Origin: an uncultured Chloroflexia bacterium
GTDB lineage: Bacteria > Chloroflexota > Anaerolineae > CG2-30-64-16
Assembly: GCA_963810095.1 (NCBI GenBank)
Contig: CAWEMM010000006.1
Coordinates: forward strand, 672,001 to 736,000
DNA length: 64,000 nt
Direction: 5' to 3'
Within the stretch, counting starts at the first letter, position 1; every line of letters begins with the position of its first letter. The notes beneath the pieces were generated by a model. That model saw only the letters and a list, made by a program, of their open reading frames with translations. It was not told the DNA's origin and searched no databases. The position numbers were made by a program, and so were the translations under genes. Shown here piece after piece: positions 31,991 through 44,169 of this stretch.

Positions 31991-34594
31991 TCATTCCTGG
32001 GACGCACAGCTTTCCTTCGCGGCGAGACAGATCGCATCGGGACGCGGCCCGGCCAGGGGTCGACCGTTACTGATCCCAGGACGAACTCGTCGCCGGCCGG
32101 GTTCCCCGACGCAGTGGCCGGGGCGCCCTCGACGCGCGACAGTCGTTTGCCTGTCTGCCAATCATACCAGCCCACCACCAGGTCATAGCGGCCGGGCGCC
32201 AGGCCGGCAGGCACGACGATTGAGTGTGCGTCGATCACGCCCGCAAGTCCGTCGCTTGCGGCTCGCCAGCCGCTGGTCGGGCGCGGGCGTGAACCACGTC
32301 GGCTGGCGCGTCGCCCATGGCGACGGTCTGGTCCGTCGCATCGCGCAGGTGCAGGAAGACGTTGTAGTCCCTCGGAGGCGGGCCGAGCGGCCTGCCAGTA
32401 CAGCAGCACGGGCAGCTGGCCGCCGGGGGCCGCGGCGAGCGGCGCGCTCAATTCCCGCAGCCGGACGCTCCAATTTTCGCCCGGCGAAGGTCGCTTCAGC
32501 CTTGTCGACCGGGTACAAGGGAGCTTCGTAGACGTCCACGAGGCCGTCTCGGCGGGCGAAGGCCGGCAGCCTGCAGCGATCCGTCGCGGCGCGACTTCGG
32601 CGTCGGGGACCGGCCCGCTTGCACCGGTCGGTGCGGGCGCGCCGTCGCTGCGCCAGTTCCGCCCGCACCGTCTGCCCGCCGCTGGCAACGCTCAACACCG
32701 GGGCGAACGCCCGGGGCAGGTACCACGGCGTCGTCTCGACGACTACCGACTCACCCTTCTGCCACGTCGACGGCGGCCGCCAGAGCAAGGCGGGCGTGGG
32801 TCGCAAGCTGCGTCGTCCACCACGCTCCCGGCCGGATCGCGGCCGGTGTAGCGGATCTCCAGGTCTTGGGGCAGCGGGTCGTCTGTCAGGCGCTCGAGGT
32901 AGAACCGGAAGCGGGTGGTGCGCCAGCGCGGCTCGTCGACGCACGTCGAAGCCGGTGAAGCGTAACCCGGGGCCAAACTGCGCCTCAACGGGAATCTGCG
33001 GCTCGGCTTTGCCTGTGTGAAAGTGTAGAAGTCCGGCCGGCAACTCTGCCCCCCTCGCGCCTTTGGCAAGGAGGATGAGCCCGTCGGCCGCATCGACGAT
33101 GCCCCAACCCTCGTCGCGCACCAGGCGCTCGACGCGCGCCTTGACATCGGTCGCCTGCATGTCGTTGACCGCCTGCCACGTCGACCAGCGCATAGGTCGC
33201 ATCGCCCAACTCGGAGAACTGGTAGATCTTCTCGCGGTGGGCAAGGTGGGGGTGCACGGCCGAGGTCGCCGAAACAGCGGCGTCCGCCGGGATCTGGCGG
33301 GCGAGCCGGTCCACCGCCGCATGGTGCGCGGTAGTACGCGGGCCACTGGAACTGCCGGGCGAGCGGCGTCCAGCCACGGTCAATCTGGGCGCCGGCCCGA
33401 CGAGTAGAGCAGCCAGATTGCGCCCAGCGCCAGGATGATCGCCGTGTTCGTCACGCGGGGGCGTGAGCCGGAACGGGATTTGCCGCTCGACAAATCGCTG
33501 CAGGCGGCGGGCGCCGTAGATGGCCGCAATGATGAAAACAGGGACCAGCGGGCGCCGAGTAGTGCTGCTCGCCCGAGTACTGGCCGGGATAGCTCGACAG
33601 GGTGTTCGCGATCAACACCGGCAGCCCGAGCAGCAGATATTCGGGCGCCAGCAGCGCCAGCCAGCCCACCGCGCCGAACAGCCCGCCCAGGTAAGCGAGG
33701 CGGGCGGGCTCGCGCAGGAGTGCGAGGCTGCCCTCGAGCGCGCCGAACAGGCCGCCCGTAAACTGGTAACGGTTCTCCAGGTAAATCGGGCCGCTCGTCC
33801 CGTAGTATTGCCGCGCGAGGGGCGCCACGATCAGGAACGTCGCGATGAGGAACCACGCGGCGCTCACCGGCTAAAGGCCAGCCCATGCTTGGCGCCGCCC
33901 GAGAAGGCCGAACGCACCCGCTCGCCCAAGGGCCGGCGCGTTGAGGTGCGCCAGGCCGAGCGGAACGCGGGATCTGAGACGATGAAGAACAGGCCGAGCA
34001 TGCCCGTGAGGGTCGGGAGGTTCTCCTTGCCCGCCATCACGAGAATCGCCCATGCCCACATCGGCCGCCACCGCCGCTCAGTCCCATACCAGAAGGCGAA
34101 CAGGAACGGCGTGACGACGAGCGGGTCGGCGTGGAAGTCGGCCACGTTTGCGGCCTGCAGCGATGGCGCCAGCAGGTACGCGGCGCTGAAGAGCAGCGCG
34201 ATCCACTCGGCCTGCCTGGCCCTGGTTCTCGGAACGTGCGCCGGGCGATCCAGAACACGGGCAGCGCGCCGAGGGCCAACGCCAGCGACTGGATGATCAG
34301 CATGGCGCGCACATCGTTCCAAACGAGGTAGACCAGCGACAGCGGCAGCAGAATCGGCTCGAAATGCTCGGCCACCCGCGGGGCTTGCACCACGCCCAGC
34401 GTCCGTTCGAGGAACCGTCCCTGCAGCGTGTTCCACATGGGCTGGTCGATGAACGACAGGTCTGCGGCAAAGGTATTGAGCGTGGCGTGGCGCTGGAGCG
34501 TGTACGCGCTGAAGAAGGCCGCATAGGCGAAGATCAGAAGCGCGAGCAGGATGACCGGAATCGAGAGCCGGCGCGTCGTGGTGGATTCTTGCAT
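31991..34594 (-). CDS. DUF2079-family GT-C membrane protein with C-terminal extracellular domains, many frameshifts
   Basis: DLSFIDQPMWNTLQG, HFEPIL, DFHAD, KEN, HYSA, HLAHREKIY. Confidence 0.82.
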
Positions 34595-34687
34595 GGGCTG
34601 AGATGCGGCAGGTGCGAACTGGCATGGCATGGGTTCGATACAGGACCGTCTCGATCGTCACGGCGAGCGTTTTACGTGCCGCGTTTG

Positions 34688-35983
34688 CTACGCAGTCCGC
34701 ACTTGCAGCGCCGCGCGGAGGTCGGCGATTTCCGATTCGAGCTGGCCGATCTCGGCGAACAGTTGGGGCGGCGCCGCGAGCAGCTGCTCTGCCCCGCACC
34801 ATCTCCAGTTCGACCAGCCGGCCGCGGCGCAGGTTGAGCTGCATGATCAGCGAGCTGACGTCATGCTCGCGCTGGCGGGCGAAAACCGAGCGCATGGCGT
34901 CGGGCGAGGTGCGCAAGCACGGGCCCGGCCGCAACCTGTCTGCGCGCGGGCATCCAGCCACCCCTGCAGGAACGCGTTGCCGATCGCGTAGCGGCTCCCG
35001 ACCTTGCGCAGGTAGCCCAGGCTGCACGAGGTTGGCTACTCGCTGCTTGAGTTCGGCGGGCTGCTCGAAATCCATGCGTTCCAGTTCCCGAGGATCTGCC
35101 CGGTGTACGGCATGGATGCTTAGCAGCAGCTCGCGGTCGGCCGCGGTCAGCTGCCCTAAATCATACTCCAGAAAGCCCGCAACCATCGAATCGACGCTGA
35201 GGGCCGCGTCGTCTGGCACAGAGAGCGTGCCGTCTTCGCCGAGAAGGCCGGGAACAGAGGAGCTGAAGGAGAAGGGGGTGGTCGTTCGTCGCGTCCTTGA
35301 TCGCCGCGACCGCCGCCGCGCTGGCCTTGATGCGGCCCCCCCGAGGCGCCTGAGATTGTACGATCAAGCTCTTGGCGTCGGCAGGGGCCAGGCTGCCAAG
35401 CGTGTGAGACATATCGAAGCCCGCCAGGAACGGGGAGGTCGGCCAGCCCCGGCAGATATCGTAGAGCCGGTACGCTTCGCGGGTGGACGCCATCACCGCC
35501 CGCATGCCCGCGCCCCCGGTCAGCAGCCGGTGCAGCCGCTGCATGGCGCGCGGCTCGGCCGCAGCAATCGGCAGCAGCGCTTCGGTTTCGTCGCACAGCA
35601 GCAGCAGCTCGACGCGGCACCGGGTCGCGAGGCGCCGAAGGTGCGTAAGCAGAGTCAGCGCGTCTTCTTCGTCGGCCATGGCCGGCGAGACGCCGAGCGA
35701 GTGCGAAGGCTTCGAGATTGTCGCGCACCGCCTCGGCCAGGCCCGCGCCCAAGATCGGCGTACGAGGCGCAGCCCTCGAGGCTCCAGAAGAGCGGCGCGC
35801 AGCCCGGGCTTGCGCGCGGCCAGGAACTCGAGCTGGCGCAGCAGCGACGTCTTGCCCACCCGGCGATTGCCGACAATCCAGTGCGCCCGCGCGCCGCCCG
35901 TCGAGGAGCGTCTCGATCAGCTCCTCCCGGCCGTAGTGCTCCCGACCGGTCACGTAGGCCCCAATGATATACGGGTTGCGCAC
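34688..35983 (-). CDS. Soluble P-loop NTPase (STAND-like/AAA ATPase) with wHTH-like and coiled-coil C-terminus, frameshifted
   Basis: NPYIIG..YGRE, Walker A GNRRVGKTS, Walker B LLLCDETE, HPLLLQLLC. Confidence 0.8.
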
Positions 35984-38262
35984 GGTGCGATCCTAAGGGA
36001 CTCGTCCCCGGCCCGTTGTTCCAGGGCACGTCGGCGCCCGCAATGCGCAGGCGACCGTTGAGCAGCGCATGCTGTGCAGCCGCCCGGCCCAGGGCGACCA
36101 GGCGGGCAGGGCTGCCCCCGGCACGCGGCGAGCGCCGCCCGCTCCGCCTCCGCATCCCAATCGAGCAAGCCATACGTGCCCTGGCGCAAGAGCGCGGCGG
36201 CGTCTGCCGGCGCCAGCGGCGTGAGCACGACCGCGTGGAACAAGTCGGCGAACCCGTCGACCACTTGGGGCGCGATCTCCGCGGCAAGCACCAGGCGAAT
36301 GGGCGAGGCCGCGCCAGAGGCCGCAACCAACAGCCGGCGGAACGCATCACCCGTCCGGGCTTCGTATCCATCCAGAACATCCGCGTTGTCGAGGAGAAAG
36401 ACGAGGATCAGCGGCCGGGCGAGCTGGGGCCGGAGCCACGCCAGCAGCACGTTGAGATCAGAGGCGAACTCCTGCTCGCCATAGTCGCCTCCCGCGCCAT
36501 CATTCCACCTCAGCCTCGGCCGGGGACCGGCGATGAACGGGATCAGCGCGTCGGTGGTTGCGGTCGTAAGCGCACCGAACAGCTCGGGCTCGCGCACGGT
36601 TGCCAGGTCCAATGATGCCGGGGCAAGATGCACCCGGCCGCCGCCCGCGGCAGGGAGCGCGAGTGCCGCCTGGCCTAGGGTCGAGGTCTTGCCCATCCCC
36701 CGATGCCCTGAAAGGAGCACGTTCTGGCGCTGCACCGCGTCGACGATCTCGCCCACCTGCTCGGGGCGCAGCGGCAGCCGCTCGGAGTAGAGATCCACGC
36801 TCCGGTCGGCGACCGCCCGGAAGCGTGCGTCAGCAGCGTCTGCCGCGTGCTGCAGCGCGTCGCCGCCGCGTCTTCCCGGCCGCGAGGGTGGTCGCGCCCG
36901 CCGTCAGAATCAGGGCCACCCCGCCGAAGCCCGCATAGATCGCGTCCTGTCGCACGCTGAGGCCGGCGGGCCCGCGCGCCAGCTTCGGGACGACGACCGT
37001 CACCTGCGACTCGGCCGAGCGGTTGAATGCGTCGTCTTGGGCCCACACCCGCAGCACGTGGGCGCCGGGCGGCAGGGCCCTGCCGGCATAGATCGAGGAC
37101 GACGCGAGATTGCCGCGTTCGGCCTCGGTGAGCAGGCGGGGCACCGCATCGACACCTTCCAGCCGGGTGAACACCCGAAGGCGATTCACGGGCGTGGCGC
37201 GGTCGCCCACGGCAATCTCGATGCGTTCCAGCCGGTCGGTTGCCAGCTTGAGCTTACCCGAGTCGGGACGGGCGCCGTTCACGCCGACAACTTCGACGGT
37301 GGGCGGGCTTGAGTCGGGCCGGTACGCGACGAGCCCGCCGACGGTCGCCACCCACAAGACGTCTTCGCCCCCCCAAGCCAGCGCGGTGACTCTCGCCGCG
37401 GGCAGGAAGGCGGGATCGTAGGTTTCCCAGATGCCTTCTTGCCCCGCGAAGACGCCCTGGGGTGTGCCGGCCCAGATGCTGCCGTCCAGAACTGCAAGCG
37501 AGGTAATATCTCGGGTGGCGGGCGCCGCCAGCTTCAGCCACTCGCCGTCGCGGAGCTCCCACAGCCCAGAGTCCCCGCCAGCAACCAGCGAGCCATCCCG
37601 CTGTTCGGCAATCGCCGTGATCCGGCCTTCGCCGGCCCCACGCTCGCGCGCCCGACCGACCGTCCACGCCCCGCCAGAGTCCCCCTGACGTGCCGGCCCA
37701 GATGCTGCCGCGTTTCGTCCACATGCAGCGCGGGCACCTGCAGGTCCTGAAGCTCCGGGACGGGTTGCAGCGCACCGTCCGCCTGCCACAGATACAGACC
37801 GCCCGTGCCGCCGAGCAGGAGTGCTCCGTCGGGTGCCTGCGCGAATGCGAGGATCGGAAGGGTGCGCAGCCCGGCCAGCCCGATGCGGCGGAATGGTCCG
37901 CCGTCGGCCGGCAAGTACCCCAACCCCCCGCCCGTGGACACCCAGAGGCGGTGTTGGCGATCCAGGAACAGCGCGACCACCCGGCTGTCGGGCAGCCCGT
38001 CCCGCGGCTCAATCGTGCGCCAGGTCTTCCCGTCCCAATGTGCCAGCCCACGCTCCTCCGAGCCTACCCACAGTCCGCCCCGGCCATCGGGTACGAGCGC
38101 GGTGATTCGCTGTCCCTTCAGAGGTGCGGCATCGATCGTCTGCCATGCGCCGCCGGTTGCGCCCGCGGCTGCGTGCGCAGGCGAAAAGACAGACAGCGCG
38201 GCCGCCGCGGCGCAGGCGAGCGCAAGGATGAGGCGAGGCAAAACCAAGCGTATGGATCTCAT
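35950..38262 (-). CDS. Signal peptide + Reg_prop-type beta-propeller + Y_Y_Y-like Ig + TM + P-loop NTPase, frameshifted
   Basis: Repeats such as DGRGGLWVGS, DGLPDSRV, IWAGT; TM AIYAGFGGVALILTAG; Walker A GHRGMGKTS, Walker B VFLLDNAD. Confidence 0.72.
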
Positions 38263-38335
38263 GGCGTCCTTCCGATCCTAAGGCGCGGTCCGACGCTGCG
38301 ATCATAGCACTAATTGCTGGAAATAGCAACCGTAT

Positions 38336-41114
38336 TTATTTGACGATTTGGAGTTCGAAGACCTGTGCGGCCAGCCGGGGCTCGTTGAGCGGAAAGCCGA
38401 ATGACAACTGGACAGGGCGGATGGCATCGGAGGCTTCGGCGGGCTGGGCCCACCCCGCCGCTTCCCCCTTGGCGGCGATGAAGGCGTGACCCCAGCGGAA
38501 GTGGCCGCGCAAGTCGGCGGTGAGGCCCAGGGTGTGGAGCGCATCCACTGCCTCTTGCCCCAGCTGCGCCGACGCCTCATCACGCACCGCGCCGGCTACC
38601 ACTGTGCCGTGTGCGAGGCCTGCGACCCACCCGGCCAGCTTGCGGCCGGCATCCGGGTCGCCGCTCGTGTCGAAGTTGGCAGCGTCCAGGAAGCGCCCAT
38701 TGCGGTCGAAGGCGGCGAGGTTGTACCCCCGGCGGTTGGGCGACACGTCGCGGCCGTCGAGGTAGATATGGCCGAAGTCCCCCGCTTCCTGGCCCGCGCT
38801 GCGCACGAGCAGCGCGGCCGGCCCGGCCCGGCTGAGCCGCCGGCCCAGCTCGCTCACGTCGATCGTGCGATCGAAGCGCAGCCGGACGTCGCTCAGCAGC
38901 GGCCGGTTTGCATCCGCAGGGATACTAAACTCGATCCAGCCCGGCTGCATCGGAAGAGGTACGCGGCCGGTTTCGCGGCCATCCGCCACCAGCGTCAGGC
39001 GCTGGTCGGGCACGAGCGCGCCGGCGTTGATGCGCAGCGTGGTCGCCCCAGGCCCAAGCGGTAGCAGAAGGCGCGCTTCAGGCCGCTCGGCAAAGAGACC
39101 GGTTGGTTGGCCCGCCGGGTCCAGCCCGGTCGCACCGGGCGCAACGCTGCTCCAGCCCTCCCCCAGGATCATGCGGTCCGCGTCCGCACCCAGCCGGTAG
39201 CTTGTTGGGGCATCGCCCACTGCGGCCGGGTCGATCCGGTAGAGGGCCAGCGCGCCGTCCTCGGCCACAAGTGTCAGGGGGAGCAGGTCCTGCGCGGCCG
39301 CTTCCACGCTCGCAGGCAGCTTTTCGCGGTGGACCATGACGTAACGGATGCCCGTGAACGCGGCCCAGCGCCGCGCTGCTTCACGATCGGCATCCGTGAC
39401 GGCCCGCGCGCCGAGCGCCGCCCGCAGCGCATCATGCTGCGGCAGGTCGGCCGCATTGGTCAGCGCGATCAGGCGGCTGAGGGTGGGCAGTTCGCTGAAA
39501 TACTGGAACTTGTACTCGGGATTGCGGGAAGTATTGCCGCCCAGCACCCGCTTGCCGTGCAGCGCCTGGTTCCACAGCTCTTGCATGATGAGCACGTCTT
39601 GCTTTCCCGCGACGCGCGCGCCGTTCCGCCAGCCCAGCGGCAGTTCCAGCAGCGCGAAGTCGCCCGGCTCCTGCGCCACCCGCCCATATAAGGCCGGCAC
39701 GCGGAGGTCGGAGCTGGGCAACGGGACCGACAAGTGCTCGAAAAGCATCAGGCCAAGCACCAGCCACAGCGGCCACAGAGAGGGCAGTGGAGACCGGAGC
39801 TTCTCCTTTCCCGCAGCGGGAGACGTCGAGCGTGACACAACGGCATGGACGCCGGCCCCGACGAGCGGCGCGAGGGACAGGAGCAGCATCACGGCGTAGC
39901 GGCTCGGATAGCGGTTACCCTTGAAGAACGGCAGCACCTCCATCAGGCGGAACGGCAGGGGGATACCCGTGTCGTGGCCGGCGATGCGCAGGTTGGGCCC
40001 GAGTGTCAGCAGGAAGAAGACGGCTGCCGAAACGCCCCACAGCCAGGCGTCCGGGCGCCGTCGGGTGCGCCAGAAACCCACCAGGGCCAGCGCCAAGGCA
40101 ACATACCCGACGTAGATGTGCTGGCCCTTATCGACGGCGAAGTACGTGCCGTCGGGCTGGGGCGTGGAGTTGTCCGACCATGCCCGGACAATTCCGCCAA
40201 GCACCGGGTGCAGCTGCGTGGGGACAAGATAGCCGGCGAGGTCCGCGGAGAAAACGTCGGCGAAGCCGCCGCCAGAAGTGAAGAAATCACCTTCAGCGCG
40301 CAGGTCGGGCAGCATGTTCCCCAGAACGGGGGCAATCCCGATCGCGAAGATAAGGCCGGTGACGGCGAACCGGCCGGCCAGTGGGAGGACGGCACGGCCC
40401 CCCGCCCCCCCCGGAGCCCGCGGCCCCACCCCGGCTGCCCGCCTCCCGCCGCGCGAACAGGGCAATGAGACCCCAGACGAGGGCAAGCCCGGCAAAGACG
40501 AGAAGGAACGATGCGTAGGTGAGCTCCGCATACGCTTGCAGCACCAGAAACAGCCCGGCCAGCAGCGCATCGTGCAGCCGGCCGCCCGGCCGCGCCGCAC
40601 GCCAGATGTACAGCGCGGCGAACGGCGCCCACTGCGAGCTGGCGATGTTCCCTTGCCCCAGCGCAGCGTAGAACAGCTTGCTGGACGCGAAGGCGTACAG
40701 CGCGCCGGCGACGAACGCCGCTAGCTCGGCCCGGCGGCCCTTCGCGTCCTTCAGAAACTGCCGGGCAAGCAGATAGCCGCCCAGCCCGCTCAACACGTAG
40801 GAGAGGAGCAGTTGAACGTTGTAGGCCGGGACCGTCCCGAAGACGGCCACGATGGGCGCGGCGAGCATCCCGTTCAGAACGGTGAGCGTGTAGAAGGCCA
40901 GGTTGATGCCGATGGGCCAGAACTGCCAGGCGGAGACAAACGGGTTCTGCGGCTGGTCGATCAGGGCGTGCTTGACCCACCAGAGGTTCCAAGCGAGTGA
41001 GGGGTCATCGATGCCATCGCCGGGCACATGCGTGGCGAAACGCGCCGCCATGGGCCAGGTCAGGACCAGCGCCAGGACGGTATAAGCCAGCAGGACCCGC
41101 AGATATCGCGGCAC
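38336..41114 (-). CDS. Large GT-C-like membrane protein with C-terminal ILEI/PANDER-like domain, one frameshift
   Basis: LTWP..HVPGDG.D...AWNLWW, FSADL, RYPSRY; C-terminal RRGYNLAAFD..FDT..AVRDEAS..FRWGHAFI. Confidence 0.78.
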
Positions 41115-41245
41115 GCGGAACTCCCGGGAGGAGAAATGTCGAATCAGGAGCATTATGCCATAGGGAAGCGCGAACACGCCTTTCGCCGCGGATTCGGCCC
41201 CGGATCGTTTCGGGCCTATAATCCGGAGCAACCAAGGAGCGTTCT

Positions 41246-41752
41246 GTGCAGTTACTCTTTTTGCGACACGGACCGGCTGAACCGAAAAGTGAGTGGCGGG
41301 GCGACGACGACGAACGACCTCTGACGGCGGAAGGCAGGCTGCTCGTGGCCCAGGTGGGGTGTTCGCTGCCCGCGCAGCAAATGGTCCCCGCGCTGATCCT
41401 CACCAGCCCGCTTGCCCGCGCACGGCAAACGGCCGAGATCGTGGCAGAATGCCTGGGCATTCCGGACAAGATAGCCGTCGACAAGCGACTCGCGCCTGAC
41501 TTCAGCTTGAAGCACCTCGAGAAGCTGCTCCGCGAGAACGCAGACTGCCCGGTCCTCATGCTGGTTGCGCACGACCCTGACATCAGCACCCTGGTGCGCA
41601 CGCTGACCGGTGCGGGGCGGCTCTCGGTCCGCAAAGGTGGGCTGGCGCAAGTCGAAATCTCGGATGCCAAGGCCCTCAAAGGCCGCCTGGTGGCCTTGCT
41701 CGTACCCACCCCGGCGAACCCTCAGCCCCCCTCGACCGACGGCGACGGCTGA
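41246..41752 (+). CDS. sixA: Phosphohistidine phosphatase
   Basis: LRHG, ERPLT, SPLARARQTA, VAHDP. Confidence 0.88.
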   Translation: MQLLFLRHGPAEPKSEWRGDDDERPLTAEGRLLVAQVGCSLPAQQMVPALILTSPLARARQTAEIVAECLGIPDKIAVDKRLAPDFSLKHLEKLLRENADCPVLMLVAHDPDISTLVRTLTGAGRLSVRKGGLAQVEISDAKALKGRLVALLVPTPANPQPPSTDGDG

Positions 41753-41773
41753 GCCGCGCGCCTGCGATGCCCC

Positions 41774-42458
41774 CTACGCAGCGGCGATGTAGGTCGCGAT
41801 GAGAATGTAGTGGGCCAGGCAGCCCAGGATGATGAAGATGTGCCAAATCTCGTGGAAGCCGAACACGCCGGGCCATGGATTCGGCTTCTTCAGCACGTAA
41901 ATCACGGCGCCGGCTGTGAACAGGAGCCCACCGAGTACAAGCCACGCAATCGCGGGGGCGGGCATGGTGGCGATGATCTCCTTGAAGCCCAGAATCCCGA
42001 GCCAGCCCATTACGAGGTAGACCCCCGCGGTGATCCAGCGGGGCGCGTTGATGACAAACAGCTTTACGATCACCCCCGTCAGGGCCATGCCCCAGATCAC
42101 CACGAGAACGCCCCAGCTCCAGAACCCCGTGAAGAAATGGAGGCAGATCGGGGTGTAGGTCCCGGCAATAAGCAAGTAGATCGCGGAATGATCCAGCTTG
42201 CGCAGCCACCCCAGCACCCCCGGTCCCTTGTTGACCAGGTGATAGGTAGCGCTGGCCGAGAACATTGCGATCAGGCTCAGCCCGTAGATCAGCAGAGAGA
42301 GCACCTTTGCCAGATCGCCCCAGCCCATCACCAATAGCGCGATCAGCCCGATCAGCCGACGCGCCTGCAGCAACCAGGTGCGTGAAGCCGCTGACCGGCT
42401 CGCGAAACATCGGGCGTCGCACCACGCCCTGATTCGATAGATACTGGGTTTCCGTCAT
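41774..42458 (-). CDS. Hemolysin III / PAQR family membrane protein, frameshift near 42360
   Basis: REPVSGFTH, SATYH, LDHSAIYLLIAGTYTP, FHEIWHIF. Confidence 0.92.
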
Positions 42459-42733
42459 CGTCCGCACCTTTCTCGCCCCACACTGCGTCTTGGCCTACAC
42501 TGCGTCTCGCCCCATACTCCGCGTCATCGTCGACGGTGGCTCCATCATCGCACCCGATGCCGCCGACGTCAAGCAATCTTCCATCCGACACCCCTTTGAG
42601 TTTCCCCCTTAATGCGTTAAGATATCAGCCGCCAGAGATGACCGGGGCCGGTCGTCCGTGCTCGGGGCGTACGCAGCTGGGCGCAGCCTGCGTGGCAGTT
42701 TTCTCTGTATACAACCTACCATCGGGAGCATTC

Positions 42734-44155
42734 ATGGGCCGCTATCAAGACGCCCTCGACTATATCTTCAGTTACGTCAACTACGAGAAGAAAGCACGTT
42801 ATCCCTACGACGCGGCGACGTTTGACCTCTCCCGGATGGAGCAGGTGCTGGACCTGCTCGGCCGGCCCCACGAGAAGTTTCGCTCGGTGCACATTGCGGG
42901 CACGAAGGGTAAGGGATCGACCTCGGCCATGGTCGAATCGATGCTGCGAGCGGCGGGCTATCATACCGGCCTGTTCACCTCGCCGCACCTCCACTCGTTC
43001 AGGGAGCGCATCCGCCTGGGCACCCAGCTCATGAGCAAGGCCGACCTAGTGGCCCTGCTCGACCGCTGCCGGCCCGCGCTCGAAGCCACACCGGGCATCA
43101 CTGCTTTCGAAGTGATGACCGCGATGGCCTTCCAGTACTTCGCCGAGCAAGGCGTCGAATGGGCCGTCGTCGAGGTGGGCCTGGGCGGGCGTCTGGACGC
43201 CACGAACGTCGTCCATCCCGCCGTCTGCGCGATCACCTCCTTGAGCTACGATCACGTCGAACTGCTCGGCCACACCCTTTCGCTGATCGCATTCGAGAAG
43301 GCGGGCATCATTAAGCAAGGCGTGCCCGTGGTCAGTGCGCCCCAGGAAGAAGAGGCAATGGCGGTCATCCAGCGGGTGGTCAGGGATACCGGCGCGAAGC
43401 TGACGGTCGTTGGGCAAGATTGGACGTGCGAAAAGGACGGCTTCGACCTCACAGGCCAATCGCTGACGGTCACCGGGCCGGGCGGGACGCCGAAATTAGA
43501 AAACCTGCGCATCCCGCTGCTGGGCCAGCACCAGCTCGACAACGCCACCTCGGCGGTCGCCATCGTCCAGCAGTTACGAGACGCGGGTGTTACCATCGCC
43601 GAAGAAGCGATCCGGCAGGGCCTCCAGTCGGCGCGCTGGCCCGGGCGCTTCGAGCTCCTCAGCCACTCGCCCATGCTCGTGGTCGACAGCGCGCACAATG
43701 AGAACTCGGCGCACAAGCTGCGTGCGGCCCTGGCCGACTATTTCCCGCGGCCACCCAGGCGCCAGCTGTGCCTTGTGTTCGGCGCTTCATCGGACAAGGA
43801 TATCGCCGGGATGTTGCGCCAGTTTCTCGAGCCGGAGCGTGTCACGGGCTACCCGCCCGCCGACAAGGTGATTGTGACGAAAAGCGGTCATCCCCGCTCG
43901 GCCGAGCCCGCGCAGCTGGCCGACCTGGTGCGCCACGTCAACAGCAGCGCGCCCATCAGCGTCCAACCCGACCTGGTCGCGGCGCTGCGCGAGGCATTGG
44001 CCTGGGCCGGCCCGCAAGACCTGATATGCATCACCGGTTCGATCTTCGTCGTCGCACAGGCGCGGCTCGAGTGGACGCACCGGCATCCCGAAGCCTTTGC
44101 CGCCGACGACTGGGTGTGGCAGGACGAAACCGCAGGCGAGACGGTGCCTGATTGA
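42734..44155 (+). CDS. folC: Folylpolyglutamate synthase/dihydrofolate synthase
   Basis: HIAGTKGKGS, SPHL..FRERI, EVGLGGRLDATN, WPGRF, DSAHN. Confidence 0.95.
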   Translation: MGRYQDALDYIFSYVNYEKKARYPYDAATFDLSRMEQVLDLLGRPHEKFRSVHIAGTKGKGSTSAMVESMLRAAGYHTGLFTSPHLHSFRERIRLGTQLMSKADLVALLDRCRPALEATPGITAFEVMTAMAFQYFAEQGVEWAVVEVGLGGRLDATNVVHPAVCAITSLSYDHVELLGHTLSLIAFEKAGIIKQGVPVVSAPQEEEAMAVIQRVVRDTGAKLTVVGQDWTCEKDGFDLTGQSLTVTGPGGTPKLENLRIPLLGQHQLDNATSAVAIVQQLRDAGVTIAEEAIRQGLQSARWPGRFELLSHSPMLVVDSAHNENSAHKLRAALADYFPRPPRRQLCLVFGASSDKDIAGMLRQFLEPERVTGYPPADKVIVTKSGHPRSAEPAQLADLVRHVNSSAPISVQPDLVAALREALAWAGPQDLICITGSIFVVAQARLEWTHRHPEAFAADDWVWQDETAGETVPD

Positions 44156-44169
44156 GGAGCAAGACCCTG

